Below are positions 8,612 through 18,762 of a DNA stretch of 59,927 nt, piece by piece. The notes below the pieces were generated by a model that saw only the letters and a list, made by a program, of their open reading frames with translations, ran no database searches and was not told the DNA's origin. How positions within the stretch are numbered: position 1 is the first letter of the stretch; every line of letters begins with the position of its first letter. The translations under genes were made by a program, and so were the position numbers. Source of the DNA: a virus (taxonomy: Duplodnaviria; Caudoviricetes); the IMG/VR virus record IMGVR_UViG_3300032330_000885, positions 1 to 59,927 of that record. One strand, 5' to 3'.

Positions 8612-8815
8612 TTACCTGTTGCTCTGATCTGATTGCTGTTTAGCGTCATCAACCATTTCTTCAATAGAACGTAGGGCTGCTATTTTACCCATGATGTATT
8701 TGAACTCCCCTACTGTTTCGTAGGTGTTTACTGAGAGCTGTGTTTTCAACCGCTCTATTTCTGTATCAACAATTTTCATTAGGTTTTTCTCCATTAAACT
8801 GTCAAAAGTTTGCAT
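8612..8815 (-). CDS. Small helical head-module protein
   Basis: 67 aa; YIMGKIAAL motif; GAGGA RBS. Confidence 0.7.
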   Translation of the reverse strand: MQTFDSLMEKNLMKIVDTEIERLKTQLSVNTYETVGEFKYIMGKIAALRSIEEMVDDAKQQSDQSNR

Positions 8816-8832
8816 TTTGTCCTCTTTTTTCT

Positions 8833-8862
8833 AAAAAAAAGGGCGGGTTGTTACACCCGCCC
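8833..8862 (-). terminator. Rho-independent terminator
   Basis: GGGCGGGT-GTAACA-ACCCGCCC followed by T8. Confidence 0.85.
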
Positions 8863-8884
8863 CAAGTTAACCGCTGAGGGAGGG

Positions 8885-10798
8885 TCAGCGACCTCGTGCG
8901 GCAATCTCGGTCTTTTCGAGACGGCCCATACCGGAAGCGGCACCAGCATCCATGTCCTTATAGGACTTGTATGCCTTACCGCCGTGTTTGTGTGCAGTGC
9001 GCTTGGCAATCTCGGTCTTTTCCAAGCGGCCTAAGCCAGAGCCGGAACCTGCATCCATGTCTTTGTATGACTTGTACACACGGCCACCAGCCTTGCGCTG
9101 CATCATCTTTTCCAATCCCGCGGGCATCTGGGGAGGGCCACCAGCGGGGCCGCGCATTGGCATAGGAGGAGGACCCCCCGCGCCCGCTGGAGGCATAGGA
9201 GGAGGGCCACCTGCACCTGCTGGGGGCATAGGAGGAGGGCCAGCAGGAGGAGCTGCTTGCATTGGCATAGCAGGCGATGGCTGTTTGGGAGGCATACCGC
9301 CATTGTTTGGCATCAGACCATCCTGAGGCTGGCGCTTGCCAGTGTCAATAACGATCTCAATGTTAGTTTTGCCCTTAGCGCGACCACCTGAAGCACGTTT
9401 AGCACGACCGCCTTTTTTCAATCCAGCAGTTGATTCCTGCTCGTCATGCTTTTTGTCCTGCTTAGACTTTTCCCAAGCCATCATCGACATGCCGTACTTT
9501 TTGGCCAGCTTGGTATCTTGCATGGTGTCCTTTGCAGAACCTTCAAACGCGACCTTGCCGCCCTTCTTATAGGGCGAACCAGATGGGCCAGTGCCAAAGT
9601 TCAAACGGTTTTTATCAACCATGTCTGCGGGATTGTCTTTGTTAGGCTCAGGCTTCATCGCGCCTCCCGCGCCCTGCATTGTTCCGCCTGGCTGCATCAT
9701 AGGACCGCCCATGAACTTCTTGGCACGACCGCCCTTCTTCATGCGGTTGCCCATATCTTGTTGGCCCATCTCCGGAGCTTTGTAACCCATATCTTGGCCC
9801 GTTGCTATAGAAGGAGCTTGGTAACCCATATCTTGGCCCGTTGCACCGCGAGAAGATGTTCCCATAGATTGCATAATACGTTTCATTTCGTCGGCGTTCA
9901 TTTCATTCTGTGCAGAACCGCCGGGAGCTTTTTTTGACCGACCGCCCCAACACTTGGCTTCGGCTTTACCGCCTTTTTTCAAATTGGACGGACGCTCAGG
10001 TGGCATAGGAGCGGGACGAACGGGAGGCATTGGAGGATAATCAGAACCAGCACCTTTGCGGATTTCGTCGTCAGTCACATATTTGCCGCCAGGCCCAGTA
10101 ACACTGCGCGTGGTAATTTCACCTTCATATGGGTCACGGGCAGGAGCCTTCTTGCCCTTTACCGTGCCATCAGTTGCATGCTTTGCACGACCGCCAGATT
10201 TCATTGCATCGTCTTTTGACGCAGGAACATTAACGCCGAAACCTTTTGTCCCATACAATTTGGCCGCAGCCATTGCCAACCCTTTGGTGCGTTTGCCTGC
10301 TTCGTTTTTGAATTTGGCGTGGGTGCCCATGCCGCCTTCACCCGTGGCATTGTTGCGTTCCAAATATTCCGCACCACGTTCTGCGCCAGCGCGGGATTTT
10401 GCAGCTTTATTGGCATAATCAGCAAGTTTGCCGCCAGACAGTTTATGGGCACGACCGCCTTTTTTAAACGCGCCGATGTGCTTCTTGCCTTCGCGTTCTT
10501 CGTTGGCTTCCACCACGTTGCGGTTGATGAAGCTATCGGCTGACAAATCAGAGTTGCCACGCTTCTTCTTGTCAGCGCGTGGGGCATTAGCCGCTCCGAC
10601 AACCTTACCGCCGCTCTTGAACCGACGACGAGTCAGCGGACGTGCGCCAGTCTGTACATCGGCATTCAATGCTTCGGCAGGGGTAAAGTCTGATGCGCCA
10701 ATCTTCGTAGCATCAGAGCCGGAAGCAAGGCGAGCTGCCTTGGCTTTCATTGCGGCCCGCAATGTCTTGGAGGAATATTCAGTCATGGTAGTCTCCAT
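8885..10798 (-). CDS. Low-complexity Lys/Gly/Pro/Met-rich protein with many xKxGG repeats (putative internal virion polyprotein)
   Basis: About 14 xxGG motifs; duplicated YKSYKDMDAG...GRLEKTEIA at the C-terminus. Confidence 0.8.
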   Translation of the reverse strand: METTMTEYSSKTLRAAMKAKAARLASGSDATKIGASDFTPAEALNADVQTGARPLTRRRFKSGGKVVGAANAPRADKKKRGNSDLSADSFINRNVVEANEEREGKKHIGAFKKGGRAHKLSGGKLADYANKAAKSRAGAERGAEYLERNNATGEGGMGTHAKFKNEAGKRTKGLAMAAAKLYGTKGFGVNVPASKDDAMKSGGRAKHATDGTVKGKKAPARDPYEGEITTRSVTGPGGKYVTDDEIRKGAGSDYPPMPPVRPAPMPPERPSNLKKGGKAEAKCWGGRSKKAPGGSAQNEMNADEMKRIMQSMGTSSRGATGQDMGYQAPSIATGQDMGYKAPEMGQQDMGNRMKKGGRAKKFMGGPMMQPGGTMQGAGGAMKPEPNKDNPADMVDKNRLNFGTGPSGSPYKKGGKVAFEGSAKDTMQDTKLAKKYGMSMMAWEKSKQDKKHDEQESTAGLKKGGRAKRASGGRAKGKTNIEIVIDTGKRQPQDGLMPNNGGMPPKQPSPAMPMQAAPPAGPPPMPPAGAGGPPPMPPAGAGGPPPMPMRGPAGGPPQMPAGLEKMMQRKAGGRVYKSYKDMDAGSGSGLGRLEKTEIAKRTAHKHGGKAYKSYKDMDAGAASGMGRLEKTEIAARGR

Positions 10799-10819
10799 GG
10801 AGGTAAACGAGCGTCCTCG

Positions 10820-12952
10820 TTATCGGCCAGTCCGATCTTTGGATAATAACTCAAGTGCGCGTTTTACGATAGGCCCACCATCAGCTTTTACGATTACATG
10901 ATTGTAGACTGGATGTTCCTTACCGCGAACTGAAATAGTGCCGACCTGATTGCCAAAAGTAATTTTTCCTTTAGTGGTTGGGCGCAACCGAGGCTCCTCA
11001 TTCCGATCTGGATATTTAGCCAAATCGACGCCTTTTGGGTAATGAGCATTTAAAGCGTAATGGTGATCATCTCCATGATGCACGGAAATAACTGTATTTG
11101 TGTCTTCGTGGCCTTCTGGAGCCTCCAACCATTTCCAACCTGCTTTTTGTTTAAACAGGTTGGTTTTGCTCATGCGGGTGCCTTTGCCCCGTGATCCCGT
11201 TTGTTCAACGGTATCCGGCGACACGTTAAATGTTGGCCGACCGCCTGGCGCAATGCCAATAGAAGCCTGTGCGGCCTTGTGGCCTGTCATGTCTTCCTTG
11301 GTCTTGGCGTTCAGATACTGCCCGCCAGCGGGCCTGTTTTCTTCAGGAAACATTCGTTGCGGCTTTGGGAACACCGAGATCGGGTTCTTGATGTCTGGGA
11401 TGTCATCAACCGCGCCACCCTGCTCATATTTGCGCTTGATATGAACATCGTTGTGGTCAAACACGACATAGTTGTAAGTTGGCTCTGCTTTGTTACCACG
11501 AGAGCCAGCATCACGGTACTTGATGCCTTTGATGCCGTGGCCCGACAGGTGCTTGGTGACATTTTCTGGCGATCCAAGACCGCCCTCATGTTTGCCAGTT
11601 AACCATTGGTAAAGGTCGGCACCACGCAAATCACTCGGTTTGCCGTCAAACATATCCTGCGCTGCTTGATGCAAGTTGTGACCACTTTTTGCAAGAGTGC
11701 GCTGCACATGCTCCGACTGTTCATTTAGTGGCTTATCCCAATCCAACATGTGGTGTGGATGTGCATTGATATGCACCTCGTACATGTGGCCGCCGGGGCT
11801 AAACTCCCCGCTTTCAAAATGTTTTTTAACAGCCGCAACAGCATCTGCGGTCATAGCTGGAGCCGTATGCCCAGCTCCATTTTTATATTTATCCAACCAT
11901 GCAATAGCCCCTTCTGGAGTGTTGTCACTGAAGGTAAGAGCCATTTGCCCAATACGTTTATGTAATGAATCTATGGAATCGGGTGCTTTAAGTGTGGGAG
12001 ATAAATCATTTTTATACCTTTTCGCCACAGGTTCATGCTCGGCAAAATATAGTCCATGCCCATATGCCTGTGCGCCTTCACCCGTGCCGATTTTGCTGGT
12101 GTCGAACTCGTCAAAGTCGTGCGGCGACCCGTGATACGCTGTGATGCCGTCTTGTTCTACAGGGCCGCCACCTTCCTTGCCAATAGCGGGCTTGGCCTGA
12201 TGCTGATGCAATGCCACAAAAATAGGGATTTCCTCGTTCCCTAATTGGTCATGCGCCATCAACCCATCATAACCCTCTTTGTGCATCTGCTTCCGCACTC
12301 GAGGGGAATACACAAGATCGTTTAGGTTCGTTCCATCGTAGTTGGAATGCTTGCTAATCTCGTCTGTGTCAAAATCCCATGAACCATTGGGAAAATTCTG
12401 CACATCAATCTTCGCCCCTGCACGGCGGGCAAGATCAATAAATTTCATTGCTCCCTCTCGGCCACGAACATCCAGAGGGTTCTTCATGCTCAATTTGGTG
12501 GGGTATACACGCGCACCTTCTTCACCGCGCCAATTCGCGTAATAATCGGCATGCTGAGGATTGGCAGCAAAGAACGCAGGAATATGAAACCCGCCAGAAA
12601 CGTCTTTGTTTGTGCCGTGATAAACAACATCAGGCACTTCTGGGTGGTTTGAAACTTCTCCGCCGTCTGCTTTGGTGATAGGTTCAATTTGTGAACTGAT
12701 TGCATCAACAATGTGTTTGGGTGCCTCTGCATCACGCCATGCAGTATTAACCTTACCGCCTGGGTCAACCCAAAAGAATCCAGCGTCACCATGATTCATG
12801 GCATCTTGTGATTGCGGAGAGACATAAAAAGAGTGGTGGAAATCCGCAGCTTGTGCCCGCTTGTATGGATGCACTTCACGGATATACCCATCATGGGAAT
12901 CAAAAATGCCTGACCAAAATTTGCGGCCTTTATGAATGGCGGTATCCATCAC
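10820..12952 (-). CDS. Polyvalent protein with two ADP-ribosyltransferase-like domains
   Basis: VVYHGT...FFA...A..YA...VYP..L.MKNPL...GYDG, and AYHGSPHDFDEFD.SKIGTGEGAQAYG.GLYFAE...GIKY.D..SR...NYVVFD. Confidence 0.75.
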   Translation of the reverse strand: MMDTAIHKGRKFWSGIFDSHDGYIREVHPYKRAQAADFHHSFYVSPQSQDAMNHGDAGFFWVDPGGKVNTAWRDAEAPKHIVDAISSQIEPITKADGGEVSNHPEVPDVVYHGTNKDVSGGFHIPAFFAANPQHADYYANWRGEEGARVYPTKLSMKNPLDVRGREGAMKFIDLARRAGAKIDVQNFPNGSWDFDTDEISKHSNYDGTNLNDLVYSPRVRKQMHKEGYDGLMAHDQLGNEEIPIFVALHQHQAKPAIGKEGGGPVEQDGITAYHGSPHDFDEFDTSKIGTGEGAQAYGHGLYFAEHEPVAKRYKNDLSPTLKAPDSIDSLHKRIGQMALTFSDNTPEGAIAWLDKYKNGAGHTAPAMTADAVAAVKKHFESGEFSPGGHMYEVHINAHPHHMLDWDKPLNEQSEHVQRTLAKSGHNLHQAAQDMFDGKPSDLRGADLYQWLTGKHEGGLGSPENVTKHLSGHGIKGIKYRDAGSRGNKAEPTYNYVVFDHNDVHIKRKYEQGGAVDDIPDIKNPISVFPKPQRMFPEENRPAGGQYLNAKTKEDMTGHKAAQASIGIAPGGRPTFNVSPDTVEQTGSRGKGTRMSKTNLFKQKAGWKWLEAPEGHEDTNTVISVHHGDDHHYALNAHYPKGVDLAKYPDRNEEPRLRPTTKGKITFGNQVGTISVRGKEHPVYNHVIVKADGGPIVKRALELLSKDRTGR

Positions 12953-15900
12953 TCATCCCCATGAAAAATCGGGTTGTGGCCAACGATATGAACGCCAGGG
13001 ATGATTGAAGCAGGGTGGGCCTTGGCCGTGCCGCCTTTGGCAAAGCTAGACCCGTGCTTTTCCTCAATGCTTTCCAGCATGCGTTCATTAATCGGCTGGA
13101 TGCCTTGGCGAAGCTCAGTATTCCCACGAAAGCCAGACCGCCCGCCAGCATTTGGCGAATAAGGGTGAAGAATTGAAGTGGACTTATCCCGCAATTGTGA
13201 TTCCACAAAATCAGGTTGCGCCACATGCCGTTCAATCAGCGGAACCTTGCCGATAAACTTACCTGGCGTGGCTACTGGATACGTTGAATGCTCAAACGCA
13301 AGGTTTTTTGGGTCAAATTCGCCTTCGTGTAGTTCCACAAGATGGTGCCCCATCATGTTTCCCGAAACCGAAAGCATTTCTGGGTCGGTTATGGCAGCGC
13401 GTGTAAGACCGACAGATGGGAACCCTGCGTTTTGGAACGGGGCAGATTCCAAATGCTTCACAATGGCGGCTCTGTGTGCGCCGGAAATGTTCTTGGCAAA
13501 GTCACGAGCCTTTTCGGCGTTCATAATGCCCGGCCAGCTTTCCATTTCCTGTATGGCTTTGCTTCGTGCGGCTTCATCCTTAGTAGTTTTGCCTTTTATG
13601 TGAAGGCCGGATCGCAGGCTCTTGTCAATTTTTTCGGCGGTGTCTGCACTCATGCCCGACTTTGGCACCTGAGCCATCAGGGCATCAAACATATTGTTCG
13701 ACGAATCAACTGCCGTTGGCCCCATTGGCGCAAACACGCCGTACACTGGGCCTTTTTTGGCGGCTTCACGAATATTGTTCTGCAATGCGGTCGCAGGGCT
13801 TTGAGCGTTGGCCCACACCGCACCTTCGTTTGGCTCGGTCATGTATTTGGTGCCAGCATGCAAATCAACAGGCCACGCCAACTTTTCGCCATTGATATGG
13901 GTCAAACGGCCAAGGTTCGACCGATCACCGCCAAGGGTAAACAGTGTGCCGCCCTTACCAATCCTGTGAAACTGATGCCATGACATGCTCGGCCCCTGCT
14001 GCGGGACGGCATTGCCCAGACGGTTGACCTTAGACGTGACATCATGCGCGGGCATCGACAGCACACGGTTGGAATATGCGCCGCGCTCATGCGTAGGCAT
14101 TTCATAGCTTTGCTTTACACGCAGATACCGCTGAACCATTGCGGGGTCTTCGTGATCTGGCCGCAGAAGCTCGGTCAAACGGCGTTGGTATTCTGCGTCT
14201 TCCGGCGAAACACTGCCGCCCTTGCGATACTCTTCAACTTCCCCACCATCAGCAAACGCCTTCTGGCCTTTTAACACGCTCTCTCGCATCTTATCGGTGA
14301 TGGGCAGGTGGAGCATTGGCATTTTGTTTTTTACAGAATTGATCGCAGCCCATTTTTCATCTTTGGGCATCGCATTGATTTGATCAACTGTCATGCCAAG
14401 AGCAGATGCGATTTCGTTTGTTGATTTGTTTTTTCCTTCAACTGGTGTCCATTTTGTTTCCAGTTTCACATCCTTATCGTAGCCTTTGACCAGCTTTTGC
14501 AGTTGGGTCGGCACGATCTTGTCGTAATACCCCTTCATGCCTTCGCCGCCGATTTTTAATCCGTCACCCTCTAAAACATGATGACCATGGACATTACGAG
14601 GTTGAGTCAAAAGTTTTTCTGCTGCTTCTTTTCCAATATAATCAGCAATATTTTCAGGTTTAATGCCTGATTTATCTAAAACTGTATGGCCATTGATTCC
14701 TTCAGCAGCAAGAGTGCCCCCCTGCAAATCAGGGTCATAATAAACATTATTGACTTGCTTACTCAAATCATACCGCTTGGCATGTTCTGCGCCAGGCGTA
14801 AACACTACGCCGTGATAGCCGCCTTCTGCGGCTTCTTTCAAAGCACGTTTGAGCGCAAGGTCAGTCCAGCCCTGTGTGCTGGTAACGTATGGCCCGTGAG
14901 GCGTATCCCCGCTTTTAGGCAGGTTATCCAATTCCTTTTTTAGCTTATCAATTGGCTCGTTGTAACGGGTTCCATATTGGTTAAAGGCAGCATTTTTCTT
15001 TGCATCAGCATCTACGCGCAGATGTGCAAGTTCTTCTTCTATTTTTTCACCAACTTGGTTGTATTCATTTATTTCTGAAAAACCCTGTTTAGAACTGAAG
15101 AATTTTTTGTCAGCTTCTGCCATAGCTTTTTTACGCGCCTCCAAGTATGGCGTCAGGTCTGTGGCATGTTGATCGTGGATTCTTTTAAATTCGTCTAATC
15201 GTTTTTGCGTAGCATCGGCTAGGGATTTGGTTAATTCTTTTCTGCGAGATTCAACTTCTGGGTTCTTAAACCCATGCTCGCGCCCTTCCTGTCCCCAATC
15301 GGATTGCAGTTCTTCAACGTGCAGCAGCTTTTCACCGTTTGGGCCAGTGCGGTCAGACATGCGGATGTGGGCTAGCACATTGGGTTCATTCCAATGGGAT
15401 GATGTAAAATCACCAGAGTCTCTGAAAAAAGAACGAGCGGCTTGTTGTGCGTCACTTTCTGACCAATAATCTCTATATTTGCCGTCTGGGCCTTCAAAAC
15501 CAAACCTCCCATATTTTTCTTGAATTACTGGTTTCCAAGATGGAGGAGTCTTCAACAACACCTCGCGGTAGTTTTCACCGCCTGGCAATGACCATTTTTT
15601 GAATTTCGGCGGTTCTTTATCTGAATAAGAATCAAGATATTGTCCGCTCAAATCACGGAGTTTGTTTCTTTCTTCATTTGTAAACAAATCCATGTGGTCA
15701 AAAACGGTAAACGGTTCAAGGTTGTACTTTTTTTCCAATTCTGATTCGTATCTTTTTGATTTTAACTTCGGCAAAACATTTTCGCCCAACACCTTTTCTT
15801 CCACTTTTGGCATGGAATCAACAAGGTGCTTGTGCAGTTCGTCGCGGGTAACGGTGCGGCCAGCAAAGTCAGGGTGGACATCGCCCGTATCAGTGATCAT

Positions 15901-16245
15901 GCCAGCGTGTTCAAGCTCGGCGGGCTTCACGCCTGCGTTCTTCATCATGCCGATCATCTGTTCGGCTGGGCCTTTGCTCTGCTGCAACTGGCCCGCGACC
16001 TCTGCGGCGTGGCTGTACAAGCCAGAAGGAGCCACCACACGCGGCTTTGGAGCGAACACCGAACCCTGCGTGGTGTTCTTGGGTGTTGCTTCTGCCACAG
16101 GAGGAGCCGCTGGAGCAGGGTTGTCCATGCGCTGCTGCACAACTTGCTTGGCAAGATCAAGAGGGGCATCTGCGCCCCCGCCTGACTTGTGTGTACGAAG
16201 GTGATCGCCAATAAGATCAAGAGCGCGGAGGACAACCTTTGACAT
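12949..16245 (-). CDS. Large polyvalent-type protein (EExQSDW domain plus a second unknown module)
   Basis: LPGGENYREVLL, SHWNEPNVLAHIR, HVEELQSDWGQ and GMKGYYD motifs; directly after the portal gene. Confidence 0.75.
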   Translation of the reverse strand: MSKVVLRALDLIGDHLRTHKSGGGADAPLDLAKQVVQQRMDNPAPAAPPVAEATPKNTTQGSVFAPKPRVVAPSGLYSHAAEVAGQLQQSKGPAEQMIGMMKNAGVKPAELEHAGMITDTGDVHPDFAGRTVTRDELHKHLVDSMPKVEEKVLGENVLPKLKSKRYESELEKKYNLEPFTVFDHMDLFTNEERNKLRDLSGQYLDSYSDKEPPKFKKWSLPGGENYREVLLKTPPSWKPVIQEKYGRFGFEGPDGKYRDYWSESDAQQAARSFFRDSGDFTSSHWNEPNVLAHIRMSDRTGPNGEKLLHVEELQSDWGQEGREHGFKNPEVESRRKELTKSLADATQKRLDEFKRIHDQHATDLTPYLEARKKAMAEADKKFFSSKQGFSEINEYNQVGEKIEEELAHLRVDADAKKNAAFNQYGTRYNEPIDKLKKELDNLPKSGDTPHGPYVTSTQGWTDLALKRALKEAAEGGYHGVVFTPGAEHAKRYDLSKQVNNVYYDPDLQGGTLAAEGINGHTVLDKSGIKPENIADYIGKEAAEKLLTQPRNVHGHHVLEGDGLKIGGEGMKGYYDKIVPTQLQKLVKGYDKDVKLETKWTPVEGKNKSTNEIASALGMTVDQINAMPKDEKWAAINSVKNKMPMLHLPITDKMRESVLKGQKAFADGGEVEEYRKGGSVSPEDAEYQRRLTELLRPDHEDPAMVQRYLRVKQSYEMPTHERGAYSNRVLSMPAHDVTSKVNRLGNAVPQQGPSMSWHQFHRIGKGGTLFTLGGDRSNLGRLTHINGEKLAWPVDLHAGTKYMTEPNEGAVWANAQSPATALQNNIREAAKKGPVYGVFAPMGPTAVDSSNNMFDALMAQVPKSGMSADTAEKIDKSLRSGLHIKGKTTKDEAARSKAIQEMESWPGIMNAEKARDFAKNISGAHRAAIVKHLESAPFQNAGFPSVGLTRAAITDPEMLSVSGNMMGHHLVELHEGEFDPKNLAFEHSTYPVATPGKFIGKVPLIERHVAQPDFVESQLRDKSTSILHPYSPNAGGRSGFRGNTELRQGIQPINERMLESIEEKHGSSFAKGGTAKAHPASIIPGVHIVGHNPIFHGDE

Positions 16246-18551
16246 CAGCCTTCTTCCTTCAGTTCACTCACGAATTTCGGGTCCAGCATCTGCTCGGCAA
16301 GCGGTGTCGACTGCGGGTCTTTGATCAAATCGCGCACAATACCCGCATATGCCACCCGTTCGCGGGCCTCACGGTCTGCCGCACGGTTCTGAGCATCCAT
16401 GCTAACGTCCCTAGACTGCAATTCCAGCTTATTGCGCTCGTTCTCCAGTGCCGCCAGCTTCAATTGGTTGTCCACAGGGTCTTTTTGTGCCGCTGGCTGC
16501 TGCATTTTGGCCATTTGTGCTTGTGCCAGCATCATTTTGGTCTGCGAATCAGCCTGATCCACCTGCACCTTGGCTTGTACGGCCATTGTTTTGGCATCAG
16601 CTTCCTGCTTTTTGATCTGCATCTGGGCCATAGCCTGTTGCATTTCAGGTGGCATGCGGCCCTGCGCCTCTGGAGGTGCCATAAACTGGTCTGGGTTGTT
16701 CCAGCCGATGGCCTTCAGTGCCGCCTTATCAATGGCAATCGGGTCATACATGGTTGGATTGGACGCCTGAAGCTGTTTCAGGGCCATAATTTTCATGATT
16801 CGCTGTGCATGCGAGGCCGTATTGGGGTCTGCCTGCGGGATCAGCTCGTAATCGTTGCAAGCCTGCAAGAATGTCTGCTCGTCCCACGGGTGCGCTGGCT
16901 TGCGAATGCGCTGCCAGAAGCTCTCAGGGTTTTCCTTGAAGCATTCCAACAGCAACTGGAACTCATCGGCCTGCGATGCATGCATGCGCTTGTGAACCGA
17001 GTTCAACACCTTGGTGGCCTGCTCAATCATTGCCAGTGTGGTGCCGACAGGAGCGTCTGCGCGGCCTTCACCGACAGCCTGCTCGGACGTTCCACCAAGC
17101 CGCATGCCTGTTTCGGCCATGTTGGTAACCAGATTCATCAGGCCAGCACCAGCTTCCTTGTACGGGAGCGGCATGATCGCCTGATTGATCGGCATCCCGC
17201 CCGTCTTGACAAGCGCAGCCCCGCCTGGCGGTACACGGAAAATGTTGGTGTTCTGCCGCCCGCCCGTGTCAGCCATAAGGAAGCCAGGGAAGTTGGCAAA
17301 CATGCCCGCATCCAGCATCTCGCGCCACGCTGCCGTCACGGCATTGGTGGTGTTGCCGAGGATGTGCAGCAGGCCGATGTCATAGAACCCCATGCCTGGC
17401 ACGAAGGTGTATTTGACAAACGTGGACTTGGCGACAGGCAGTTCCTGATCGTCCTCGGCATAGTTGCGGACCACGGACAGAATCTTCTTGGTCGAAACGT
17501 CAATGGTCACGCGGTACGGGATTTCCAAACCGGACACCTTGCGCTTGTGCTTATGCTCGTAGCCATGGATATCCAGTTCGCAATAGCACTCGTAAATCTC
17601 GCGGTCGCGGTCATCTTGATTGAACGAATCGGTCGAAATGCCCTGCTGTGCGCTCTTGGCCATTTGGACGGCATCAAGGTTTGGCATGTTTGGGGTGGAC
17701 AGGTCGGTATCACGATACGCGCCAATGATCTGCATGCGCTTGACCACGGACGGGCGCATCATAATGCGGTGCGTAATGCGCTTGGCATTACTCAGATCGG
17801 TGGCCGAGTTATTCACAATCAAATCGTCGGCATCCACCGTCTCGGACACGGGGCGGTTGCGGAGCGGGCAGTAGTAGACCTTCTTGAACGCCGTACCGCC
17901 GAACCCCAGCATAAACAGCATGCGGTCGGTGTCGGGGTAGTATTCCTTCGCCACCGCCGTCAGGTAGTGGTTCATGTCGTTTTCAAGCGCGTCACCGAGC
18001 TGGTCTTCTTGCAGGTTTGCGCTGTTGTTGTCGTTGCGAATTTTCACTGGCCCATCAACAGGCAGCATTTCCGAACGGGCATTGGCCTGAAACCGCAACA
18101 CGGCTTCCAGCAGCAGCGGGTGCCTGATTTTCGACATGCCCTCGACGGGTGCGCCGTCTGCCGCGCCTTGCAGGCCTGGCAATTCGATCTTCAATCCCAA
18201 CAGTTTAATGCCCTGAGCGCGATCCTCGACCCACTCTTGGCGGCTCTGGATGTCGTCATCAATGCCACGCATCAGGTCTTCGGCGATCATTGACAGTTCG
18301 CCCTCGTCGATGTCGTCTACGAGGTTATCAAACCAGCCTGTCGGTTCTTTCTTTGCATCTGGGTCAATCGACTTGCCGTCCATCGAAATGGTGACCGACC
18401 CGTCATCGTGCTCGATGCGGATCAATTCGCCCTTGTCGTTGTACTGCTTGTTGCCTGCGGCCTGCTTTGGCTGTGGCAGATCGGAAAAATCCAGATCAGG
18501 CTCTTGGCCTTCCTCAACCTTACGGATATTGCCAAACGACAGACCAGCCAT
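16245..18551 (-). CDS. Portal protein (P22-like)
   Basis: HPLLLEAVLRFQA, GTAFKKVYY, GFYDIGLLH and APVGTTLA motifs; Gln-rich C-terminal coiled coil. Confidence 0.9.
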   Translation of the reverse strand: MAGLSFGNIRKVEEGQEPDLDFSDLPQPKQAAGNKQYNDKGELIRIEHDDGSVTISMDGKSIDPDAKKEPTGWFDNLVDDIDEGELSMIAEDLMRGIDDDIQSRQEWVEDRAQGIKLLGLKIELPGLQGAADGAPVEGMSKIRHPLLLEAVLRFQANARSEMLPVDGPVKIRNDNNSANLQEDQLGDALENDMNHYLTAVAKEYYPDTDRMLFMLGFGGTAFKKVYYCPLRNRPVSETVDADDLIVNNSATDLSNAKRITHRIMMRPSVVKRMQIIGAYRDTDLSTPNMPNLDAVQMAKSAQQGISTDSFNQDDRDREIYECYCELDIHGYEHKHKRKVSGLEIPYRVTIDVSTKKILSVVRNYAEDDQELPVAKSTFVKYTFVPGMGFYDIGLLHILGNTTNAVTAAWREMLDAGMFANFPGFLMADTGGRQNTNIFRVPPGGAALVKTGGMPINQAIMPLPYKEAGAGLMNLVTNMAETGMRLGGTSEQAVGEGRADAPVGTTLAMIEQATKVLNSVHKRMHASQADEFQLLLECFKENPESFWQRIRKPAHPWDEQTFLQACNDYELIPQADPNTASHAQRIMKIMALKQLQASNPTMYDPIAIDKAALKAIGWNNPDQFMAPPEAQGRMPPEMQQAMAQMQIKKQEADAKTMAVQAKVQVDQADSQTKMMLAQAQMAKMQQPAAQKDPVDNQLKLAALENERNKLELQSRDVSMDAQNRAADREARERVAYAGIVRDLIKDPQSTPLAEQMLDPKFVSELKEEG

Positions 18552-18552
18552 G

Positions 18553-18762
18553 TTATTTCCCTTCAGCGGCGAGAAGAGCTTCAACCTCGGCTACAAACCG
18601 TTGAATACCCTGCTGTGCGGCCATTGTATCTGATTTTGCCTGAATTTCATAGATGCGAACGTAATCATTAGGAGCCACGCCCCAAACTTCAACTTTAAAC
18701 AACCCAAGACCCTTTGGGGTCGCGGCGTTAATAACGTCCACTACAGCATTTGCTAATATCAT
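18553..18762 (-). CDS. Hypothetical protein
   Basis: 69 aa; AAGGAG RBS; abuts the portal gene. Confidence 0.7.
   Translation of the reverse strand: MILANAVVDVINAATPKGLGLFKVEVWGVAPNDYVRIYEIQAKSDTMAAQQGIQRFVAEVEALLAAEGK

Noticed and set aside
16239-18293. 684-aa plus-strand ORF
   Set aside because: Antisense shadow of the GC-rich portal gene, with no recognisable motifs
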